A program made the translations under genes and the position numbers. 64,000 nt of DNA from Ptychomitrium polyphyllum (Eukaryota), in contig OZ316775.1 of NCBI GenBank assembly GCA_973851085.1, positions 2,790,001 through 2,854,000 on the forward strand, in the 5' to 3' direction. How positions within the stretch are numbered: position 1 is the stretch's first letter; each line of letters opens with the position of its first letter. The notes beneath the pieces were generated by a model. It saw only the letters and a list, made by a program, of their open reading frames with translations. It was not told where the DNA came from and ran no database searches. Positions 1 through 12,934 of this stretch are shown here, piece after piece.

Positions 1-99
1 GAACAAACCAAAAGAAGCAAGTTCCTCAGCTGCAGGTCTCGACAATCTCCAATTGCGTCAGAAATTCTGCACGTCCACGATCCTATGATGAGACTCCAG

Positions 100-620
100 C
101 TATGGCAACAACAGTATGACTGTTTCAAATCCCGTAAAAACTAAAAAGAAATACTCCTTCACCGATCGACCAAAATTTCTGAACGAAAAAAACCTTCGCA
201 CACAGGTCCACACCCGAGACTGTCAGGCCGAACTACCAGATATCAAAGAGCCTCAAACACCCACTTAAACTCAACCGAAATCCGCAACACGACCAGTTAA
301 ACTCAAGATTTCCCAGTACAGCTTAAAACATTCTGAACCTCAACTATTCCCCGCAACGATCAGCGCTTCAAGATCCCGCCACTGTGGATCAATCCCTTCT
401 CGAAAACGGCAAGCAATTTAAGAACACTCAAGCAACTTCCGCTTCCTTTTCCGGCTCCGACCGATCCTTCACTTCACGTACCTTTCTAAGAACTTCTCTC
501 CTGTACTTTTCCTTCCAAGCTCCAGTAAAACCGATATCGATTGCCAATAACTCACTCTGGAGTGCAAAGAAAGCCGGCTCTAGCAGGACAAGTACGCAAG
601 AAGCAATCCGATAGCGATGA
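100..620 (-). other. Probable 5' UTR exon (~482-620) and leader intron (100-481) of a minus-strand gene whose CDS lies left of the window
   Basis: Minus-strand donor AAG|GTACGT at 481, T/G-rich intron body, acceptor CCATAG at 100-101; GC-rich promoter-like tract 650-860 upstream. No CDS recognisable. Confidence 0.4.
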
Positions 621-3600
621 AATGGCGAGAAAAGCCTGAGAGAGGAAACGTGAAGTGGGCGCAGGCAAGAATGCGGCGGTGGATCTAATGCACGCGATGT
701 AGGGGTCCGGAGCTACACACGTAATGTGAAGTGCGCGAGAGGAAAGGTACTGCGCGCGTGGCAGGGGGCGGGTGGCAGGCCGTCGCCCCGGCCCACTCCT
801 TCGGCGCCTCAGAGCTTATGCACTCTGCCACGCCGCGGTGGGCCTCCTCCCGGCAGTTATGGTAGTTGCGTCTTCGCATACGAGTTCAATTTTTCTCTCT
901 CACAGCATTCCTAGTTATATATTTTTAATCACTCCATCGTGAAACATCGTAATAATGAACCATCTACGATGCAGCAAACTAGAGTTGACCAAAACTTCTA
1001 CAAGCACTATGAGTTTACTAGTCTCCTTCTTTTTCGTTTACAGACAGCTGCCCTGGAAGAAGCTTGCAGTAGATCCTTCCGCTGGGAATATTACTGTAAC
1101 ACTAGTAAACACGGTGAGTAACTGCAACTTGTTGAGTTACTGTGAGGTCAGGGAGCTCCACCACGAGTTCTTTCGGCATCACTGCTTTACGAATAGTCAC
1201 ACAAAGTCGGGGCATTAGTAGTGAACTGTATCGTGATGTGCGGAGAAATCACAGCTACAACAGCCTCTAGAGCTATATACAGTGCACGGATGTGCTAGAC
1301 TTCAAGATTCATGGTACCTGGAATGCTGGAAAAGTCCAGCGAAGATACTCACCGAAGTCTAGGAACGACCTAAAGCGCACCCGGCACCGGTCGGAGGCTG
1401 CTTTAACTGTGGAGACTTGTACTTCAAGTGCAGAGGCTTGTGGTTGTACCCAAAAGTATAACTCTACACCTAAAGGACCATTCTACATCCAAATAATATA
1501 ATTACACCTGAGGAAAAATTTTACACCCTCCCTCCTGGTGTGGATTCCTGATCACATCAGACAAAGGTACAGAATATCGCCACGTCAGTTTCGTATTCTA
1601 TGACACGTTTCGGTTGCCTACCAGGTAATTATAGGCTTTCCAGTTCCGGACTAGTGCATAGTGCACAGCCATAGGAATTCTTGAAGGAGCTTGAGGATTT
1701 CACCAAGTTGTGCTTGGAATTTTGATACCCTAAGTCGGACTTGACCAGCCAAGTCCAAATGAGTCATTTTGAGCACAAAAATATTCTGAGGATTCACTTT
1801 TCATAAAGATCAGCTCAGAGTCCCCAATAGTGTAGTGTAGACTCCACGATCCGTTTTAGGGCCGTCTTACATTTTCATCATCCATCATTTTTGCTATATT
1901 TTGAGAATTTTGGGAACATGGTTGGTTGAAATTTTTGAGTTCTTTTGTGAGGATTTGCACCTCCAATTGATCATGGAAGAAAGAATTTGAAGGTGGATGC
2001 AAAAATTAATTTGAAGGTGACAACAACTATTATGGATAAATCTTTATTCATTGACTAATTTTGATTGAAATGTTTTGCTTTTATTTTCCCTTGCAAAAAA
2101 AGGTATAAGATAGCCCTTTGTAATGAACATTTACGTGTATACCAATAGATGACTTCCTATTCATACAATCATAATCTATTGTATCATTCCTTAAAGTTCA
2201 AGCTTTAAAAAGATTTTTTATTATTTTTCACAATCTTATACATTCTTAGATAATCAAATGTATGAAGCTATAGGGATGCATTTTTCATTGCCGTGCACTT
2301 AGCCCAATTCTTTGAATATTCTACAATTCTTTTTGGGAATTTTTCAAAATTGGGTTTCATAACTCAAATTTAGTTTAGAATATCCTTTCTAAGAGTCAAG
2401 AAATAATGTGTTATAAGGTAGATTTTCATATGTGCCTATTCAAAGTTGTGTTGGATTTTTTGAAATAATAGTATACTTTTGAAGTTCAACATATGGAAGT
2501 GATTGATAAATCCTTTGCCAACCTCACCTAACTCAATGAATTATATAGCTAATAATACAAACCAAAATTTCCAACATTCCTTAAGTAAACTAAAGTTATT
2601 GTTGCAAAAATATATTTTAAACAGAAAAGAGGCATGGAAAGTAAATGTCATTTGATTCAACAATAACTGCTATTATTTAATAAATCTTCTTTTAATCCAC
2701 AATTAAACTACCGTAATTAACACATGATAAGGAATTTATATTTAACTCATCATTGTCCTTAAAATCAATATTATTTGTAACATTCAAAGTCTTTCTGATT
2801 TTGAATATAAATAAGTATTAAAATTTAAAAAAATCTTAAACTTACGTAGAACTCACAAGATATGTGACTTTGGGATTTTTGTGTAAAATTCAAAACATAG
2901 AACTTGAAGTTAATTGATGCAAAATAGAAATTTTAATTAATGAAGTGGTTTGAGAGATTTGCAAGGATTTTTTTAAGCTCTCAAGGTGTTTCCTTAGATA
3001 TATAGTAGATATATAAATTGGCATGTGAGCTCAAACATTAAAAGTAGCAACTATGACAAGATTGAAGGCATGGCATCCACTTACATCCTTCTCTTGCGTG
3101 ACACACAACATGTCAAAACTTGCTATGCAAAAAATGGACAACCTCATTATGGATATCTCTTCAAACCACTTTGATGCATTATGTAGTAATTTGGAAGTCA
3201 TTTGATATTTGAAAGACCTAATTCAACTTTAAATATGAATACAAGGATGTTTTTGTATATAAAAAACATACCACATCTATTTATATATAAAAATATTATT
3301 CATAGATAAAAAATAATATAACATATATAAATAAGACAAGCCAGTCAAAAATTAAAAACTAATATACATGAGTATCCAAATGATACTTTAAGACCTTAGA
3401 ATACTAAATTGGTTTAAATTGCAAGGATTGGGCATTATGGACTTCTGTTATATAATTGTGTAATACATAAAGAGTGCCTAAAATATACCATTATAACATA
3501 TTTGTAATATTCAATATTAAAATATTGATGAATGTGACTCATCCAAAATTATAATGATAATTTATTTAAAATCAATTCAAGTCAAGCTAAATTGCACATC

Positions 3601-4440
3601 CTTTATGATTCTAAACATGGTTTATTCTACTATGTATCAATTTGGTACCAATTGTGATACAAATTAAGAAATTCAACTCAATTCAAACTAATTACATATT
3701 TCATAAATTATTTAATTACAAATCTAGGGACTTTTGATTGTTGTGACTCATCTATTGGCAAGAAAATTTTTATATAACATGACAATCATCTTTGACAAAT
3801 ACTTGATTCTTGTGCATAGAAACCTGCTTTCATTTGCATATAAAATTCATTAACAAATAATTCGTAACCTCAAAGTAATGCTGACTCACGGAAACGAGGT
3901 AGATGATGATTATTTTAATATGGCTCCATTTTACACCAACGCACAGCTTTGAGCATAGACTTTACACAAGCAGCAAATGCACAAATTGGCTTCAATTTAC
4001 CCTTGAAAAACCCCTGTACATCAACTACATCATATATAAAAATACACACCCATCAGCTGTAAGAGCAACAAAATATAATTAGCCTGTGCATAAGGACGAC
4101 GTCTTATATTAGATCAGATGGGCTGTGTCAAACAGCCCGTCAAACAATGTGAAACACCCTCTGCATAATGTTCTTGGGATTTTCTTCTAACCGTACTAAT
4201 CTACTAAACACAATGATACCATTCAACTAACACAAAAGCAGCAATCGAGAACCAACGCAACTAGAGCACCTTACCCAATGACAAGACGAATTACAATTCC
4301 TGCTGTCAACCAAAACATATCTGTACTTCCAATGCGGCAAGCATATCCACTAGAGCCAAAGAAAAACACTTCTTAACACAGCTCTAAGTACCGACCTACA
4401 CCTCATCGATGTAGTCCATATGCACAACAAGCCATACACA

Positions 4441-6018
<1,578 letters not shown>

Positions 6019-8280
6019 TCACTTCGAAAACCTAACAAAAAAACCGCCACCCCAAACCATTAACAACCACAAAACTCACGCCGACCACTCCGATAAACCA
6101 AAAACCACAACGAAAAAACGTAGATCCAAACCACCGAACGAGCTAAACAGACCTAAACACACCGAAAAACCCCCAAAACATTTAGAAAATAAAACGCCAA
6201 AAACACCACAGCACACTGAAGTGCACCAAACTCCAAATCCTAACTTATCAGCCTAAAACCTTCCGCATGAGCAAAACCACAGCACGGCCTTCCTTCTGCT
6301 GCCATTCCACACCACATTAAGAGAGACACTTACAGGAAGAAACGTAGCCACGACGCGAAGATGCTCGCCCCAAAACCCCAAGCCAAGCACGCCGACGGAG
6401 ATGAAATGATGTGGCGACACAACGAAGAAGACACGGGTTGGATCGAGGGACGCAGTGGGCCACGAGGGTGGATCCGCAGGTGCGCATGCGAGCAGCGAGC
6501 GCGCGTGCGAGCAATGGGGGCCGTGCAACAACGATGCGGACGCAAAGCAAAGCGCAGCAAAAGCACCGCCAGACTGCGCGACACAATGCTCGTCCCTTGT
6601 GCCCAAACAGAGCCCCATTATCACCCATAATCTGCCCCCACCTCCGGCACACTCCACGCTGAACTGTCGCCCCTGGGGACCCTCACCCAAAACCGTCGCT
6701 GCGACCAGACTCCGACCTATTATCCACTAAAGCATAATGTTTCTGTTTCCCAAATCTGCAAAAAATGTAGAAACTGTCAGTATTAAGTTCGACGGCTTTA
6801 GGTGGACATTTCTTTGGTTCTCTGCGCCTATTCCACGGGCTTCGTTGAAAGTCAGGCAGTGCACGTGTGGGTTTCTGGGTGGAACCGTCGTGAAGGGGCC
6901 GGCTTACGGGAGGCTGGTGTTTCAAGAACCGTGACCGCACGCACCTTCGACCGATCATCTACTATGATGGTAATTTTCTTCTTGGAATCTGCTGGTTTGT
7001 AGAATTAGTCGCGTCGTGTAGATTCCACATGGTCTTAGTAGGGGATAGAACTAAGGAAGTGATACTTGCATCGTGGGTAGATAAAATCGGTTTTGGATAT
7101 GGGAATGGTTTTAGGTGTGCGTTCCGTAAAGATTTCTTTGCCAGTTCTGTGGGCTTGGAAGTATATCTTTAAACCGTGATAAAAAGCTCAGCATTTGATC
7201 AAATTTTATGGCGAAACTTGCACAAGTAAAGTAAAGTCCCTCAGATTTGACAGAAATTAATGGGTTGAAATAAAGAGAGGAATTTTTTGACGTTTTAATT
7301 GGAATTTTGATTTTTTATATTGATAAGGATATGCAGTATTATTTCTCATGTTTTTTATGATATTAAGATAATTTAAAATCTACGTAAAAGATGAAAAGAT
7401 AATGAATTGGAAAATAGATTGATTTTTTTTAAATAAATTTTTATATGGTTTAGATGTTACAAATCTAAGAATGTCCCGTAGTATCACAATTTCAGACATT
7501 GGTAGTAAAATATATGTTTTTCTTATTCTACTAAGAGAAAATAACAACCAAAATCAAAAATGCTTGTTCGTCAAAGTGATCTTTTTAAATTCAAACTTTG
7601 TGATATTATTATAATCAATAAATCCTCTTATTGGTATTTTGTTTTTGCTATATTTAAATTAAAAGTATGATATACAAAAATTTAATACCAATTGATTGTA
7701 AACTTTTGACTTTATTAAAAGAAGAATGTAATTTTAGATAATTTTGGAATCATTATTTGCCAAAAGGCCAACAAATCTTAAATTCTTACTCATTTTTAAG
7801 AATAAAAGCCTAAAGAAGATTTATTCTTGAATTCCAAAGTCCTTTTGTACCTTTACAAATTGTTAGCTAAATAATAATCATTTATATTTTGAAGCACACA
7901 ATAATCAATGTACATTAATTTAGAATCAATTTTTTTTTTCAACTTAATATAATTCATTTTTCCAAAAAAATTTGAATATGCTATTTAAATAAAATAAAAT
8001 ATTTCAATTATCTTAAATAATTTAATCAAATTATTTATGTCATTAAACTTTGACTTATTTTGTCAAAAACATATTATAACCTTTCAATAACATTCTACTT
8101 TCTTGTTTATAAAAAAATGAGCCATAGAAAATAACTTACTATTTTTAATTTAAAAGATGTAGAAAAACCTTCAAATTGAAAAAATATATCTAAAAAAATC
8201 TAAAAAGATATAATTTTAAAATTGAACTATTACATTTTGTTTTATCTTTCACCAACAAAATGGATTTGGAATAATATAAT

Positions 8281-8640
8281 TGTTACAGATAGAGTAACTA
8301 CAAGACAAGGCTTCAAGATTCTAAGATGTGGAACAAGATAAGTCCAAGTATATTAGAAGTATAGAGCTACAACAAGGTACAAAAAACAAAGCCAGAAGGT
8401 CTGAACTAGACCACAAGAGATGCGTTGTCGAGACTAAAGATCCTTTTATCCTCAACTTCTATATATACTAGAACTATAAGCCTTGGAAGCCTCTTATGAA
8501 GCTTCTCCTACATTGCTTCATACTCAAGCAACCTTTAAGTTGCTTCCTTGGAAGTTTCCTATGCTGAGGTAACTTCCTTGGATGCTTCCTAAACCTTTTA
8601 AGAACCTTTCTAAATGCTTCTAATATGTATGTTCGTGACA
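8281..8640. mobile_element. Solo LTR of an LTR retrotransposon (360 bp)
   Basis: Begins TGTTAC and ends GTGACA (TG...CA with imperfect terminal inverted repeat); flanked by near-identical 5-bp TSD ATAAT/ATAAC; internal TATA-like TATATATA at ~8460; more GC-rich than the AT-rich flanks. Confidence 0.75.
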
Positions 8641-9833
8641 ATAACCCTTAACAACAATGTTTTAAGCTATAAAAATGAATTAATCAATTTATTTTATATT
8701 AAATTTATTGATATTTTTATTTAATATAAATGTTCTCTTTAAATAAAATAAACAAATAAATATTCATTTAATGTAAAAGTAGTGAATATACAATCTCCTC
8801 TTTATTTCAAAGCAATATTAAAATGAAGAATTTGATACTAAGATTATATGTTAATTACTATACAATATATTATCAAATGATGTTCATAAGTATATTATGT
8901 AGTTTTTAAGAGACATGCACTAATACTAAAAAATAAATCTTAAATACAATATTTTAGTGGTCAACTTGTAATTGGCTTATGTAAGTATAGAACATATTTA
9001 TTGCAAAGGAACCACTTTTATTATGGTTGATTATATATATTTTAAAAATGAAATGCATTAATTGTAAAACTAAATTATGAATTTTACAACATTGTACACA
9101 AATTATTGCTTTGGTAATTGTCATCCAACTATGATTAATGACAGATATGTCAAAACTTGAATAAAAGAAGTTTTTTTTAAATGAAAAATATTATAAAATT
9201 CTTTATCTAAATGATATTGCACCATAATGATTAACATAAGAATAGTAATATTGAACACTTAAGTTCTTCATATGCAAAACTTTGCTAAACATCATACAAA
9301 ATAAAACATTTGACTTACAATTTTCATTACAATAGTGGAATAAGATCATATTTCTTAAAAATGCTACTATTGCTTAGATCTAAAGTAATCATTAATAGAA
9401 AGCCTAAAACACATATCCACGTAAATTTTCCAAATTGTACAATTAGCATTTCAGAGATTTTCACGAACCTCAAATGTACGCCTGCAGTAGCGGATAGCGG
9501 TTTAGAGTGCAGAATACATCTCAAAGAGCAGGTAGGATTGGGAACGTGAGAACGCGGAGTTGGGACCTTGAGCACGCGGAGAAGGGAACATCGTCTCTCT
9601 CGTTTCGCTCGGAAGGCAGGATTCGAGAAACAAGAGCATTCTAGTGCAGCTGAAATTATTATACTCGAAGTTGTTGTATTGTGAAGAAGGAAAAGCTCTG
9701 TCATGCGTGGGTGATTCTCACATGGCTCGTTTGCTGTCCATAGGGGAGAAGTAGGTTGGTCTTTTGTTTCTCGACGGAACCATTTCAACCAAGACTGTGT
9801 TGAGGGGAGCGTCGTTGTGCTGCGTTAGGTCAC

Positions 9834-10053
9834 TTAGGGTTAGGTTAGCTTTATGTCGCCGCGCGGTCGGTCAGCAATAGCTGCGAAGTTATTGCTGCAG
9901 TGGAGAAGGGTAGCGGTTTGGTGACCATTTCTAGAAGCGTTGGATATGTTGTGTCGTAAGTTCTGGAGTTTGGAGGAGATGTGTGGTGGGATTCAGGGTT
10001 CATAAACCCTAAACCCTGGGGGAGGGTGTGTATGCTTGTGTAGGGGTTTAGGG
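9834..10053. promoter_or_regulatory. Telo-box / telomere-like motifs in the leader of the Lys-rich gene
   Basis: TTAGGGTTAGGTTAG at 9834, AAACCCTAAACCCT at 10004, TTTAGGG at 10047; candidate leader-intron acceptor CGCAG at 10058. Confidence 0.5.
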
Positions 10054-10065
10054 CGCAGGTTGGCC

Positions 10066-11076
10066 ATGGCGGGCCCATTGCCTGTGAAAGGAACGGAGAT
10101 CACATCTGCGCCATGTTCTGTACAGAGAGCTGCAGGCGTGCTACGGCGGTTTTTGTCGAGCGAGGCAGCTTCGGAGGTTGGCATTGTGAAAGGCTACATT
10201 GAGGCAGTTGCGCAGTCTTTAGAGGAGATGCTGGCGAGGAGAAAGGAGAATTCAGGGAATTGCACGGAAGGGTTGAGAATGGCGACGGCAGGGCTTAGCT
10301 CGAAGTTTTTTAATGTTGAACAGGTGGAGAAGGTGCTAGAGGTTAAGAAGAAGAAATCTCGGAAGGAGAAGGAGTTGAAGGATTTGAAGCAGAAGAAGAA
10401 AGATCAAGCAATGTTTGATTTTGAGGCACTTTTGGGACATGAATTAGATGGTGCGGAGGTCAGTGAGCGGGCTGGCGGGGAGCTGGGTTTCGAGGAGAAA
10501 CCTGCCGTCACCGAAATGATCCCTAGCACACCAAGGCAAGCCGACAGTGTAGATGACGGAAGAGAATCTCTGAAGAGGGAGAAGCGAAAGAAAAAGAAGA
10601 GGAAGAGCTTGAATGGTGCAGCTATGGATGTGGACATGGACGGGATGCAGTCAATCAGGAAGGCCGAGGCTGTTCTAGATAGTGACCTTGATACTACGAA
10701 AAGCGCGAAAAAAAAGAAGAAGAGGACGAGTGCAGATGGGGTTGTTTCTAATGGGTTCTTGAGCTTCGTAGAGTCACCGGCGAAGGCAATTAAGGTAGAA
10801 GTGGGCGTCGCACGAGCTGGGGATGAGGATATGAAGCCGGCGGATGACGTCAGAAAGAAGAAGAAGAAACATGGAGCAACTCCGATGAAGGAGTCTAAAG
10901 AGGTGCTTACTGAACATATGGATAGCAATATAGGAGATAGAGGGAGCAATGGGAATAACAGTGAAGTTCAACAGGGTAGTGCTAAGAAGAAGTCGAGAAA
11001 AAGGTCAAGTGAGGAGTCCCCTGGTAATTTCAAAGATGAACATCGCAAGTCGAAGAAGATGAGACTGTCTGAATGA
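10066..11076 (+). CDS. Intronless Lys/Glu-rich, probably nuclear/nucleolar protein (336 aa) with a short conserved-looking N-terminal domain
   Basis: ATG at 10066 in GCCATGG context; N-terminus PVKGTEITSAPCSVQRAAGVLRRFLSSE recalls an uncharacterised plant family (At5g60030-like, from memory); many KKKK tracts; basic C-terminus. Confidence 0.8.
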   Translation: MAGPLPVKGTEITSAPCSVQRAAGVLRRFLSSEAASEVGIVKGYIEAVAQSLEEMLARRKENSGNCTEGLRMATAGLSSKFFNVEQVEKVLEVKKKKSRKEKELKDLKQKKKDQAMFDFEALLGHELDGAEVSERAGGELGFEEKPAVTEMIPSTPRQADSVDDGRESLKREKRKKKKRKSLNGAAMDVDMDGMQSIRKAEAVLDSDLDTTKSAKKKKKRTSADGVVSNGFLSFVESPAKAIKVEVGVARAGDEDMKPADDVRKKKKKHGATPMKESKEVLTEHMDSNIGDRGSNGNNSEVQQGSAKKKSRKRSSEESPGNFKDEHRKSKKMRLSE

Positions 11077-11978
11077 ACGGAGAGGTCCATCGCTTAGAGC
11101 TTAAGCTTGGCTCTATTTTCTACACACATACATGTCTTTTGGAATTGCGATTGAATGTATTGATGGCATTTGGTGTCGTCTAGCTAACTAGGCCACCGGT
11201 CAGGCTCTATATAAACGACGTAGCTTCTGCGAGTCAGTGTCTGAAGTGATCCGAAGTGCTTATAAACGATGCTGCTCGCTTTAAAGGATGTAGAATTCTG
11301 AAGCTCAACTATTTTGTGATTCTCAGCTGTATTCATCGTCTTGCTCTGGGTATGCAGTTGTCAAGACGTTCAACTTCTAAGATTGTGCTGTGAGTTTCAA
11401 GCTGTCACTATTCCTTCAGTCGGAAGGTAAGTAGGGTACAACCTTGAAGGTGGTAGCCGTTTCGAGGTATGGAAGCTGACTCTGAACAGAACATGTGTGC
11501 TCAGCTTAGCTAGCAGGTGCTTAAACTCCTTAGTTAATGAGCAGTTTTAACACCAATCTTTTCGTGTATTCTGTTTACGTCTGCTGTTTGCATCGAGCCA
11601 CTTTGTAGTAAAATCTAGCTTGTTTGAAGTTCATTTGTGTGAAGCTTCCATTTTAGGTGCAATCTGTATCCAGAGTACCTCTCCTTCCTACATCGTTTGC
11701 CTACTTTGAAATGTAAATGGCATGGATCTTCACTCCATTTGATCTACTCATCGTCTCTCCACCATCGTTTGAATTGCTTATGGAATTGGCATTGTAATGT
11801 GTAAGACACTGAGTTTTGGGTTCTTTTCAGACACAGGTTCCTTACACCAGACTTAATTGTGATATTTGTGTGCGTAAGTGAGTAGTTGTTTGTTTAGTTG
11901 ATTTGGAAGTGCTTAACCTCCATTAAAATGCAAGTATCTTGAAAACTTCTCGTGATCTGTAGTTTTTATTTAATAACC

Positions 11979-12306
11979 TAAAAGTGCACATCTCAAATGA
12001 TAAACACCTTTTACACCTATTCAGTTGGTGGACCAATCAAAAGCTACTCCATGAATCACCATGTTTCAGCAAAAGACAAATCACAGGCCTAACTTAACAC
12101 AATAAAAAGCCATAAGATAATTGATGAGACAAATACTCATAGGACAAGAATTTTTTTAGTTTCTTTTTTCATGGAGTTTAGAGGACTCCTTAATAGTCTC
12201 CTTTACAGTGGAGACCCTTGAACTCTCACCTTGTGAAGTGTGTTAAACTTTTCATCTAAAACAATGAGCTAGGGGTGTACGCAATAGCTAAATGGAGATG
12301 CTCTTA
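11979..12306. mobile_element. Possible degenerate Tourist/Harbinger-like MITE
   Basis: Right end TGGAGATGCTCTTA matches the GAGCATCTCCA TIR type with TTA/TAA; left end (GCACATCTCAAA...TACACC) is only weakly complementary. Confidence 0.25.
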
Positions 12307-12934
12307 GGGGATAACCAAACAAAAAATCAACGAAAGTGGGCACATGTTACATCGTAACTGGAGACACATAAATAGAAGCAAGTGACTTCCTAGTACAAGA
12401 AATATGTACGTGCTTTCGATAGCCAAACTGATAAAATAATCCAAATTGGGAACGATCTTGTTTAATTACACCAATGTCCTGCAATTCAGTGGGCAGCTTG
12501 TGCTAGCACCACTTGTGAATAATTAAACACAAAGTAACAACTTCAAGTTGGAGTTCAATAGTAAGGACACTTAGCTACTAATGGTATTAAGTCGAGAATC
12601 TACTAAAGCAAATGAGATCTCTAGCACGCTCTGTACACTCTGAAAATAAAAAATGGTGCGAATCTGTTGTAATAAGCAGCTGATTTGTGAAGCTGCGATA
12701 TAAATGATCTAAGGCCCGAGTTGGAGGTCAAGGATTGTTTGAACCTCATCACCAATGACGCTTCACAATTGGGAGCCCCGTAGTATAATGATCTCAATCG
12801 AACCTAAAGCAAGTTAAAGCTAATCTGATACTTGGACTAATCTTAGCAAGTCCATAACATTTAAGGGACCCAGAAGGGCATAAACAATAGTTAGTGTACA
12901 AAGCTGGATAGTCCAAGCTGGATAGTGAAGGCTG

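Noticed and set aside
1461..1845. Possible CACTA/MITE terminal inverted repeats
   Set aside because: Complementarity is too weak and there is no clear TSD.
4116..4140. 10-bp-stem hairpin in the RabA 3' region (a similar small hairpin lies at ~57591-57628)
   Set aside because: Too short for a miRNA precursor and expected by chance.
10404..10949. 181-aa antisense ORF, and similar antisense ORFs over the SABRE, SRm160 and Rab exons
   Set aside because: Shadow frames of real coding exons.
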